Source: Marsupella aquatica (Eukaryota; Plantae; Marchantiophyta). From it: 64,000 nucleotides of DNA. The notes beneath the pieces were generated by a model. It was given only the letters and a program-made list of their open reading frames with translations, was not told the DNA's origin and made no database searches. Positions 37,542 through 48,890 of this stretch are shown here, piece after piece (the stretch's first letter is position 1; each line of letters begins with the position of its first letter). The stretch lies in contig OZ316892.1 of the NCBI GenBank assembly GCA_973895155.1, forward strand, positions 13,575,270-13,639,269. The letters are read 5' to 3'. A program made the translations under genes and the position numbers.

Positions 37542-40500
37542 TCATACCATTGTTTGAAGATACTGATCCAAAGCACGTCTATCTATTGGATCCAACACAT
37601 AGATACGATCCATAACCCCTTCTTTCATGGTTAAACTAACACTAGCAATGACCATTTCAATATCCATCCATTTCAAATCAGTGGTATCATATCTGAATTC
37701 ACTTTTGCTCTTACCAATAGGACTATACCAATTTAACAACAGTTCACAAATGTTACCTGATTGCCCTGCAAGTGGAGTTGGCCTATCCATCAAATCAATT
37801 GGTGACCGACAATTGCCCCACCTACTGCCATACTTCTGTCTCATTTGGACAATCCGACCCAACCAAAAATATTTCTTACCTGCTGAGATTGCCTCCACCA
37901 CAACCTTATTCTTTCCTCCCTTTCTTTTTCCAGATCTAGTACTTGGAGCAAGACTATCATCAGACTCAAATGCAATTGCACAATCAGTGCCAACATCAAC
38001 AAAACATGAGTTAGGATTGACTTCTTGCACTTTTCTCTTGCCAGTACTATAGTATAGCACTTGTTTCACCCTTGTCAGCCTATCTTTTGACAAATGCGGA
38101 TTTCCTACCAACTGGCTTACCAGAGTGGATTTGTAAATCACCTTGCCTTCATAAGTAACAGTAGGCACTACCTTGGTACGATTCTGTACATTAGTTACAG
38201 CATGGACAACTGATCCAAACACATGCCGAACTTCATGACCTAATGTCTCAAGCTCATCTGAGGGGTCTACATCAAACTGTATATCATCTCTGTGTACATC
38301 ATCTGAATGCATCTCAGGAACAACAATGGGATCTGGTTCTGTTAACCATGCATCTATTCTATTCAGATCATCCTCAGGATCTTCCAATTCATGAAAATCT
38401 CCAGTTGGGCGAGGACCTATGTCTGGTGGTTGGTGCTCTACTTGCTCCTCAGAATCATTGCAAACAATTGCTTCCTTCAGAACCACCTCTAGTGGCCAGG
38501 TCTCACTTTCCACAACCCAAGGACATGTCCACCATCTCTTTCTAGCTGCTGGTAAGGAACTTCGTGGAGACATCTGCAATTGATGCATAAGATCCTTAGC
38601 AGCAACAAAACCTTCTTTAAGGGCTGCAACCACTAATTCATTAGTCTCAATGAGAGAATAGTCAAGTAGATTTGGTGCTTCCTCCCCTTCCCCTATAGGA
38701 TGAATCTTCCCCCATACATGATCTTGTTTCTTATGTGAACGACCTATCTTCAAGCCTTCTGGTCCATATTCTAGGGCAGCAAGCCGGTTCAGTCCAACAG
38801 CACTATCCAATAGAGAGCCAAAATCATAATTCCGCTCATGGCCACTCATGCCTCCTACCTTGCTGAAGAAAATCTCACAACAATCTGAACCTAGCAAGTG
38901 GAAGGGAACACCTAGATGTGGGAACTTATCTCGAAAGGCACAAATTAACAGCACAATGAAATGACATGACATGTTAACATCATGAAAAGCCTGAATAGAC
39001 ATCATGTCTTTCTCAGTGTGTGCTGCAAAGTTCCCACCCACTGAATGGTCACCAAACCTCAACCACAATCTCCACAAACGTAGAAAGAATGAAACCTTGG
39101 ATGCTAACACAATACGGGACCTCAAATCATGAACTGGAGAAAAGAAAATATCTAAGTAATCTGCACAAATCTCCAAGTACAACTGAGTTCCTAAACTTCG
39201 TTCATGTTGTACATCTCTCCTCTCATACATATCTTTCAGACATTGCTGCACTCTTCTTGCTGCTATTCGTTGTGGACCTGCCCAATTCTGCCGGTCAGTC
39301 CTATTCACATCATCCCAAGCCATGCCATGTTCATGAATTGGATAATGATTGTAGACATTAGCTACATAAGATAAAGATGCATGTTGATCTCCTAGCACCA
39401 GTAAAGAAGACACTCTGTCTAAGGGGTTTATCATCTTTTTCCCATTATGAGGTTGGTCTTGGTCACCAAAGCCATACAAATCTCCATTTGGTAGAATTGA
39501 AACAGAGTATGTCCACCCTTCCCACCCAACTCCGTACCTTGGGTATGATCCATTCTGCCCTCTGTAATCTTCCAGCATCAGCTTTCGGCGACGTGCATCA
39601 CCATCACTAGCATGTCCAAGCAAAGGGCCTACCATAGCTCTACAATATTCATCCCAAAAAGCCTTTAACTGGACCCAATGCTCTCGTACCCAAGAAGCTG
39701 TGAACTTATTACAAGTTGGAAGTGCACACACAGCCAATTTAGGTAAGGACTCATGCAGAGGATTCACAATCACAACTCGGGCATACATGCACTTGGGGCA
39801 TTGTTCAAATGTACTTACAATTTTATCATACCCCTCATCACCTTCACCAACTAGAATTTCCAAACCATAGGAGCATACATGCTGCTCTGAAGGTCCACAG
39901 AAACCAATGAGAGTATCATACTTTGCCTCCCACCTGAAACACAGACATGCAATTTTTCAATATCACAGCAATTCCAGCCAAGTGCTACTTGTAAAGTCAT
40001 TAAAAAAACAATTGGAAAAATGTCCAGTTCCAATTACCTAGGGCGTTCTTTGATCCTTGTTTCATCCTCAGCAAAGATAACAGGCACATCCCCCTCAATG
40101 CCCAATGAGTGCTTTGCAGCAGACAACACTCTAGCAATCTCCTGAAAGGTTTCCTTCCGTAACCCGGTTCGAAAAGGTGTGAGTTTTGCTCTATCACGTT
40201 TTAGGGTCACAAGGCTAGGGGCTGTCAAGTTTCGTGCAAAACAATGAGCAACTTGACGGCCCCCAAATTGGAACATAGCCTGAGCAATAGCTCGAGTCCT
40301 ATTACTGTAACGATTACCTTTTGGCTTCCTGCCTAAATTGCGAGCTACATCCTTCAAGAAATCCCACAAACCCTCCTTACCACCAAATGCACCATTCCTG
40401 TGTCCATTCAAAATACTCCTAAGAAACAATCTCAAATCCTTCCTGTCTGCTGCAACTCCTAACAACTCCTCTAGTTTTCGTTTCCTGGTGCTCAAGGCAC

Positions 40501-42118
40501 ATACTTTCTGAGCCTGCAAAGCTAACAACCAACGCTCTTTTCGTCGCACAGAGTTCAGGTTGTGCACTTGATCTCTTAACTCTGTGTTGGTCAAATAATC
40601 CAAACGTATACCACCAGCAGTGGTTCGGCTCCCTCTGTGGACTACTGCTTCCGCTTCCCTGTGCACCCGTCCACGAAAATCATCTTCTAGTGTTATAGAA
40701 TCACATTCACTACAAGTTAGATTTTCAAATCCTCCTCCATTCTGTGATAACCTCAAGCAATCCTTGTGTCTAAAACAGCCTGCTATACTCACAACACTCT
40801 CTCTACTTGGATGGAAAACATCCAAGCAACAACTTGGCTCACAATGCCATGTAATTCCCCCAGACTGATCATCTAAAATGCCAGAAATATCATAAGATAT
40901 ACCCTTCCATAACAGTCGAGGCACACCTCTCTCTACCCATAATCCCCAGCAAAGCAAACTCAGACCAAGATCAACAGATTCACACACACCTGAACCTGAA
41001 CCTGAACTGCTGCCTGTCCGGGACCCATCATCTTTAAAGAACTTCAAAATCCCGCTCTGACCAGGATGTAGGTCCCTAGAATCAGTCCTCTTTGGCCTGC
41101 CCCTCTTCCCAGACCTCAAGGCAAGCATTTTTGTGTCATGCCTAGTCTCCAATGCATCCAAGTGATCTCGACTCACTAAGTGTGTCCTCAAATTGGGCTC
41201 CAAGGTAAGCTTCTTGGGGCACAAGTCAGTGTGAAGCATTCCACAGACAGTACATCGAACCTTAAACAGGAAAGACCTGTTTACATACTCAGGAGTACTG
41301 GGATCAGGAACAATAGAGAATAGTTTGCCATCATCCCCAAGCTCAGCATTCAATCGTTGAACTATCTCAACACCTACTTTGATGGCGTCTGCATGATCAT
41401 ATTCTGGCTTCTCAGAGATGTCTGCTACCTGAACCAAAGTAGAAGGAATGCCCCTTCTCCGACAATAGTTATCCTTGTGCTTATTGAAGACCAAGTGTTT
41501 GGTCTTAAAATTACTAAAGCAATTGGAGATGGATTTAGGGTTCTGAGAGTTGTCTGCATTGCCATAAGTTTCCCTACATTCAAGACACTCCAGATGCCCT
41601 CGAACATCTGTCCCCTCATCCCAGGTACGAATTCTCCAATTGTGATCACCATAACCCTTCTTATGTACCCATTTCTCTAACCTCATCCACTCATCTTTCC
41701 ATAGCTTTGATGGGACATCTCCCATCAATTGTGACTCAAAAGAAGCCCTTACAGGGGAGGGTGCTAGTGCCGTTGGCCCCAGTTGTGGTGTCCCAGTATT
41801 TGGACCCAATGATGCAGGAGTGCAAGGATGACAGGGTACTGGTGGGATCCTCCCACCATCTCCAAGTTCTTGTTGTACAACAATAACTCTTCCATCCAGC
41901 TCAGACAGATCAATTAATTTCTCATGTACAAGTTTCACTCGACCAGGAAGTCTCTCATCCCAAAAATCAAAGTCAAAGTCTAGAGTAGAGGCAATACGAG
42001 CCCTAAAATCATGTAGGGTGTGTCCTTCTTTGAATGACAAAACACAAATTGGTAAATCAGCCTTGTCATCCCCAACTTTGCGTATTAATTTAACAGAGTT
42101 GGGTTTAGGGGCTGCCAT
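37542..42118 (-). CDS. P-element-like DDE transposase, ~1490 aa, two exons (42118-40038, 39933-37542)
   Basis: A 104-nt intron (AG|GTAATT..TTTCAG|G) joins the 694-aa and 773-aa ORFs in frame to give IFAEDETRIKERPRWEAKYDTLIGFCG. Further motifs: HASDGD, DQPHNGKK (DxxH), DRQN, GTQLYL..YLDIFF, LGSDCCEIFFS. No internal stops. Confidence 0.85.
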
Positions 42119-42613
42119 TGCAATACAAATCTAGAACATGCATAGCACCATTGCTTTTGGAGTTGATAACAGAAAGACCTGCACAAATACATTTGAAATA
42201 CACACAAGGGAAACACATTAGGATCTTCAAGAGATGCAATGACAACATACACATTCTCATGTAATGTACATAATGTCAGCATACATTTAACAATAGAAGT
42301 GCTAATAGGCCAAAACACTTTATAATGCAATCCATCATACATGCAAATGTATTCAGTGAAAATCATGATATACCGCTAAAGTTGGATAAAATATCTTTGG
42401 ACAAAATATCCTTTTCGCCTGCTTTTCTAACAATTCCCGAAGTTTAGTGCTTCTGCTCATCAAAATGCAGCACTATTAGTGACCTTAATTATGACAAAAT
42501 GTCAACACTAATAAAATTGGGTACTACCACCCATGATGCACCTTAAGTATGTGCCTTGCTCATACCCCACTAAGACGTTGAAACCTAAGTAATAGGTTTG
42601 TTCATTATTCAGA

Positions 42614-43288
42614 TCATTGGAGCCATGAAATGTGGTCCCTGATTGGAGTCTTGAGGTGTGGATCAATAGGATGACGGGGGCAATAAAACATCTGTCGCTG
42701 TTGTCCATGTGCTTCATGGTCCCAGATGTCCCTATCATGAGCGAACCCTTTGCTTTTGATCATCTGGAGACAATCTGTATGCCAGGCATTTGGACATCGT
42801 AGACATTGTACCATGTTCTTGACCATCTGACCCTCAAGACTCTGATAACATGTCACACATGTATGCAGTGGGCAGGACTTTGCATCAGCTACCAAACACC
42901 CAAAGCAATAAAATCGTACACAAAAACGATCAGAGCATTTTCGCACAATTGTAGGTGACGGTCCCACAGTGCGGCACCCATAACACATGGCCTGGTCCTG
43001 GTTACAATTTGGGCAAAACCATGGCTTCCCTCCATGATGGAGGGGAAGGACTACACAGGGGCAAGAGTCATTAGGGGCTTCATCTCCAACCACATAATGA
43101 AATTGCCTGTGACATGGCCCATCACAAATTACCAACTTCCCACCATGCTCACAAATTGCACAAACATGAGGGCTAGTTTGTAGAATCTCTTGCTCAGAGA
43201 ACAACGGAATACGCAATACCTCTTCCAAAGAGGCTCCTCTGTCAGAGGACTGTGTTGCTTTCTTTATGTTTGAAGTCCTTGTCGGCAT
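42614..43288 (-). CDS. EDM2-like composite PHD-finger protein (transposon cargo)
   Basis: CAICEHGGKLVICDGPCHRQFH..WFCPNC..CYGC..CSDRFCVRFY..CPLHTCVTC..QCLRCPNAWHTDCL..FYCPRHPIDPHLKTPIRDH. The Cys/His spacing and the YCxxHxIDxxLxTPxRDH ending recall the EDM2 PHD cassette. The true 5' end is uncertain. Confidence 0.8.
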   Translation of the reverse strand: MPTRTSNIKKATQSSDRGASLEEVLRIPLFSEQEILQTSPHVCAICEHGGKLVICDGPCHRQFHYVVGDEAPNDSCPCVVLPLHHGGKPWFCPNCNQDQAMCYGCRTVGPSPTIVRKCSDRFCVRFYCFGCLVADAKSCPLHTCVTCYQSLEGQMVKNMVQCLRCPNAWHTDCLQMIKSKGFAHDRDIWDHEAHGQQRQMFYCPRHPIDPHLKTPIRDHISWLQ

Positions 43289-43604
43289 GGTTCAACTGCA
43301 ATCATCACAAAGCACATCACATATGAGGGGGACATGATGATAGTGAGCAATCCATAGACAAAGATAAGGTTAATCATAGCACCTGCTCCAATGATCTGCA
43401 AACCTCCCTCCCAGATGAAGTCAACTACACAGTGCAACCTGAACACCCACCAACCAAGACATACATAAATACAATGCCAGCTTGCAAAACTTTGCCACAT
43501 AATGGGAATGAAAAATATTCTCATATATCATGGATGGTACAATTGCAGCCTTGCAAACAAAGGCCTAGTCATATATGAACAACGCATCCATGTACTATCA
43601 AGGA

Positions 43605-44003
43605 CTACAATGTCAAGCATCCATGGGTTGTAACCTTAGCTTGATCTGATATACTATCTGGGGCTACAATATCAAGCTCAGTTGAATGTGGAATACTATC
43701 AGGGACTACAATGTCAAGCGTGTCCGGGATGACAATCTTGCGTAAAAGACACTCATTTTGAGGCCAAATGGTTGGCCTTATACAAGAGCACTTCCAACGA
43801 CGTGTGACAACTTTGCCATGCTTTCCCATGTATGTCCTAGTAACAAGCCTTCCACGCATTTTCAAGCAGAAGCAATGGAACCATTCAAAATTCCCATCAC
43901 CAACCCTGCACTTGACACAAGGTTCACACCAGCAACATTCATCTGGATGCTGCAGAAGGAGCTTCTCATAATTCGCTTCTAATGTAATGCCCAATATAGC
44001 CAT
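43605..44003 (-). CDS. Small Cys-rich PHD-like ORF or exon (cargo)
   Basis: CCWCEPCVKC..EWFHCFCL..WKCSC; good start context (gccATGg); possible donor after 43635; DIV(V/A)PDSI repeats. Confidence 0.5.
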   Translation of the reverse strand: MAILGITLEANYEKLLLQHPDECCWCEPCVKCRVGDGNFEWFHCFCLKMRGRLVTRTYMGKHGKVVTRRWKCSCIRPTIWPQNECLLRKIVIPDTLDIVVPDSIPHSTELDIVAPDSISDQAKVTTHGCLTL

Positions 44004-45242
44004 GGCACTATTTTTTTATACTCGGTGAATGGCCAGACGATTAGACGTGCAATGACAGGCAACTTACAATTCACTAGGTACACTATGTGTTCTAGCAAAC
44101 TGCTTCACCGCAAGTGTTGGTGCTCACTGCTGCAAGCGCTGATGACAACCTCTACAATTCCTTTTGCAACCTGTGAACAAAATTGAAACCACCATTCAAT
44201 TTCTAAGTTTCAAAAACTTCCCATTACATGAAGACAACCAATTGGCCATGCATGTTACTACAGCAATAAAATAATAACCCAATCGCTCAACAGACCTGAA
44301 TAGCTAACCTGAATAGGATCAAGTTCAGAATCCAGAATGGTAATGCCCTTGCCCAGAAGCTTGAGAAACAAAAGAGAATTTAAAATCAAGCACGAGCGTC
44401 ATCCACGTCTTGACCAGGCCCGCCACCCAGTATGGCTGGAGGCTGTGGTCCCCCCTGGCTGAGTAAACACTTAAAGAAGTCTTCTCTTCTAGATGACTTA
44501 AAGAAAATTGCAGGAACCAGCCAACGGGACACCAAGGCATGTAATAGAGAACCAGATTTGTGCGGGTGTGTGGGGGACGACAGAAGTCAAGTTACATGAT
44601 TTTTTTCCTGGGGTCCAGCCCATGGATGGAGATCATGTAAGGTGGTCAATCATGGCAAGTGCAATCATTGGAGACCTGTACTCGCGGTTACTCTAACGAT
44701 GCATCCAAAAAACATGTGCGTCAAGTCGTCGATGCGGACACAGAAGGAGAGATGAGTATGGACAACGTCGAGACAAATGACGACAATACTGAGCTAGTAT
44801 TCGGCTGGGAAGTTGGAGCTGGATCTCAGCAGTGGCTCCAAACCTTATCTGCGAGGGCATGGCGAGCTCTGGAGGACAAAATACTCAAAGAGCTTATCGC
44901 CATTCACGGAGCTCAGAACAGGAATTTTATAGTTGAAAAGCTAAACGGGCAGATCAGGTGCTTCCTCGTCTATGACCGCTACCAGATCGACTCTAGGTGT
45001 GCCATGCGTGATAGATTTGGGCGTCAAATAGTAGCAAGCAAGCAAGTACGATCGTCAAAGTAGGCAGCGCCTACCTCCCGATTGAGCAACGCAGCAATGC
45101 AGCTCCAATCCTGGCACTCCGGTTTGAGATATCGCAACACTCCCTGCAGTAGCCACCTCCCGTTTCAGCAAGCTAGCAGCTCCCATTTTAGAAAGCAGCA
45201 ATGCAACACTCTCGACACCCACCTCCCGGAGCGCAACACTCT

Positions 45243-46090
45243 TGCTCGATCCTTCACTCCCGGGTTCACTTCAAGCAGCAGCGCAGCTACAAAGTCTCGC
45301 TCTCCCCTTCACTCCCGGGTTCACTTCAAGCAGCAGCGCAGCTGCAAAGTGTCGCTCTCCCCTTCACTCTAATCAGCACACGCAACTGAGAAGTCTCGCT
45401 CTCTCCTTCACTCTAATCAGCGCACGCAACTGAGAAGTCTCGCTCTCCCCTTCACTCTAAGCAGCAGCGCAGCTGAGATGTCTCGCTCTCCCCTTCACTC
45501 TAAACAGCAGCGCAGCCAGGAACTCTTGGTCGATCCTTCACTTCAAGCAGCAACGGCAACAGCACAGCCGAGAGCGCAACACTCTCGCTCTCCCCTTCAC
45601 TCCAAGTAGCAGCGCTTCACTCGATCCTTCGCTCGATCCTTCGCCGAGAACTCTCGCTCTCCCCTTCACTCTCGCTCTCCCCTTCACTCCTTCGCTCGAT
45701 CCTTCGCCGAGAACTCTTGCTTGATCTTTCACTCCAGCCGCAGCAGCAACGCAGCTCGATCCTTCTCCGAGAAATCTTGCTTGATCCTTCACTCCAGCCG
45801 CAGCAGCAACGCAGCTCGATCCTTCACTCCAGCCGCAGCTCGATCCTTCACTCCAGCCGCAGCTCGATCCTTCACTCCAGCCGCAGCTCGATCCTTCACT
45901 CCAGCCGCAGCAGCAACGCAGCTCGATCCTTCACTCCAGCCGCAGCAGCAGTGCAGTCGAGAGCACAACAGGAGTCGATCCTTCACTCCAGCAACAGTGT
46001 AGTCGAGAGCACACTCTCGCTCGATCCGACCTTCACTCCAAGTGCAGTCGAGAGCACACTCTCGCTCGATCCGACCTTCACTCCAAGCAG
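45243..46090. repeat. Complex tandem array inside D with 24-, ~45- and ~55-bp units sharing a CCTTCACTC core
   Basis: cgatccttcactccagccgcagct repeats at 45817-45910; ccttcactctaatcagc..tctcgctct units at 45361-45510; about twenty core copies by eye. Confidence 0.9.
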
Positions 46091-48734
46091 GAGCACAACT
46101 GGTTTAGACCCCGTTTAGGCCATTTGCTGCAAGGTACAAACAAAAGAGACTCTGTTGAGGCAAAGAGCGGGTGGGGCCAAAGGGATAGTGGAGGGAAACG
46201 ACACGGGAGGGACTGACAAGGGCCAATTGAGGTAAACGAGACACGTTAAACAGAAAAATTTCAAACTTAATCCCGGTCAAACCCTAAACGTGAGTCCCCA
46301 TAAAACCAGATCATTCTCAAATTCTTGCCATGTTAACATATTAGAAAAATTAGGAAAATATATTGGGAATGTTATGTGTGCCACGTGTACCAATGACATA
46401 GTGACATGTGTACTTTACATAGTCCGACACAAAGACCCCCTAACTTCTTTGTATGCCTTCCATCTACAAAGTCAAAAATATTAATATCCCTATTATTCTT
46501 ACAAGTTGTCCAACATATAAAGTTGGCCCTATTGTTCTTACACAAATCTTCTTAAGTCTTCCGAGAAACCCAATTAACGGACCCTATACTTCGTCGCACG
46601 TGATATGAGATTTTCGCGGAGTGAGACCCCCGAGATGGTGACGGGGTCACTGTTTGCCAGAACCATATCGTAACTTAGCGTTGGATTATAATTGTGTATA
46701 TAAACTGAAAGACAAATCATTTGTCGTGTAAATCATTTGATATCTGACATTATACAAGGAGAACTTTGCTCTAAACCGCCTCCGCATGACTCATTGATCA
46801 TGTAATCACCATACCTAGTAACGAAGGTAGAGCCTGACCGCTGTCTTCAATGTGGAAACTGTCTCTGTAGTTATCAAACACTCAGCACCTTCCTCACATG
46901 TTAAGTAGATATTGAATGGCAAATGACAAAGTTCATAAACTTTCTGGCCTTTGGCAACCCAAACTTTTAAAATCAAATAAAACAATGAAGCCGGGCAACT
47001 AAGCCTTGCCCAACTCATATATAGGCAGCACCATAGATTGACCCAATCCATTGCTCAGGGCTTTCCCCGGCAGTTTGGGGAGGCATAAACTGCCACTCTC
47101 CCCATAGCAAAACCTGGTGAATCCACAGTACTAAAATAAGTCAATAATATTCTCAAGAAATTTAAAAAGTGCACCATTTTGTCCTCCCTGAAGCTAGTGG
47201 ACAGTGGAGGTTTAAGCACCTGTTACATGCAACAGAGCCCTTATCATACTCTACAAGCAGGTCTACAAGCCCCTCCACGTGGCAGGGAATTTGGCAGGTA
47301 ATTTGGCAGGTAATTGAACCTTACACCTTTAGATCCTTGAGTCAATCTTCTTCTTAGCTCAACAAGTCTCACTCAAGTTTTACTTTTACATCCCAACTAA
47401 AATGCAAGATAGAAACTAGAAAAGTAGCTGGCTTTGATTAGTTGGCTAGGGAATTAGCCTGGAACCGAGAGGTCCCAGATACAACCCCCCTCCACACGCA
47501 AGGGATGTAAAGGCAGTGTGGAGATGTGCAATGGTGGGAGTATTGGTTTCTCCTTGTTAAGAATTGCTCTTAGTCTTGTGACTCATAGGTTATGGCACTT
47601 AGGCTAACCACAGTTAGGATCTTAGCTGAGGTTAGGTTAGTCGTGTGTGACCTTGTATATACCAGGGCTAGTGTAAGCCGCTGGTGTGGTGTGCTTACGG
47701 ATTGTAACGGAGAAACTTGAGGAAGAGGGAGAGCATGTGTGTTCGTTTACTCTTGAAGTAAAGCTTGAGTGTTCGTGTGGACGTAACCTTGGAGAAGAGG
47801 TGAACCACGTAGAGATTGTGTCAACTACGTGTGCATGGAATGAGTCATGGTTGTATGGTCGTTGCAAATGACATCTTAGTTCAACAATTGGTATCAGAGC
47901 AAGCCTGGGAGGTGACGTTGAGGTGATCAAATTTTTGTGACGTGTTGGCGACGGTTTTTCCAGCAGTTAGAGTTGGTGGATTTCACGGAGATCTATTGCA
48001 TGGAACTTGGAGGTGTTGGGCTCAACAGATAGATCGGGGCAAGGGCTTTCCGACGGTGCAAAGAAATCTCTGAACAGAGTTCGTGGTGCGGAGGAATTCA
48101 TGTTTCCGTCGTTCTGGATTTTTTGTGATTCGTGTTCGACGGTTCTTTGGGGGGGGGAACTGAGATCGTTTTCCCGACGGTGTGAGCTTTGTGGTGCACG
48201 AGGCGTCACAATCTTTAGCTCAAATCGTAGATCGGGCAAAGCTGATCATTTCGGTAGCTGGTTTGCTATCGAGGGTGTAGTAGTGCGATGTACCAAGCAA
48301 AAGAGCCGTTCTGAGTTTCTGACTGGCTATGGAGTCTTCTTTTGACTGAAGCGCGGTTTCTTGTCGTTGCGTTCGACTCAAAGGAAGAAACGGGAAGTGC
48401 AACGGCTCAACGGAGAGATCGCGATGCAGTGGTCATTTTGAGTCCAAGATTGACACTTGACGCGGAGTGAAGGAGTCGTGACGGGAATTTTTTACTCTGC
48501 TAGAGTTGCAAACGGTGCCGGTGCAATTCGGTAACATTTCCCGTCGACAACTAGTCTTTATCTGGTGTAAAGTGATAACGGCAGTGTGAGTAACCCAACA
48601 AATTTATTTTTTGTGCACATTTTGCCTTAGAATAGGGCCTTTTTGGTGGTGTGTATACACACCCTCCCGACCCTTGCACCCCTGTCAATACCCCGTTGGC
48701 AACCCCCTCCTCCTCCTCGCTAATACTCCCATCG

Positions 48735-48890
48735 CGGACGTCCCGGCCGTCCCAGACGTCGCAACCGGCACAGACGTCCCAGACGTCACGGCCGGCGAGG
48801 ACGTCGCGGCCGTACCGGACGTCGCAGCCGGCACGGACGTCCCAGACGACCTGACTGTCGCAGGCGTCTCGGACGTCCCGGCCGTCGCAG
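48735..48890. repeat. GC-rich degenerate ~18-bp repeats in the leader of E
   Basis: Recurring gacgtcccagacgtcgc and ggacgtcccggccgtc units. Confidence 0.75.

Larger units (their letters stand above)
36892..46637 (-). mobile_element. TIR DNA transposon D, P-element-like, with cargo ORFs
   Basis: TIRs CA(C/T)CTCGGGGGTCTCACT at 36892-36909 and 46620-46637 (15-bp perfect core), subterminal inverted motif ATCAC(C/G)TGCGACG, internal DDE transposase. No TSD visible. The first 3 bp of the left TIR also match element C, so the boundary could be 36895. Confidence 0.88.

Noticed and set aside
39851-40036. Apparent stop or frameshift that would make the transposase a pseudogene
   Set aside because: Explained by a canonical 104-nt intron that restores the frame and a conserved-looking motif.
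45243-46090. CRISPR-like repeat array
   Set aside because: No unique spacers, variable unit length, eukaryotic context and no cas genes; it is a tandem array.
45082-46118. Several ORFs (ARSFTPAAA, SSILHSSR and similar)
   Set aside because: They are translations of the tandem repeats in multiple frames.
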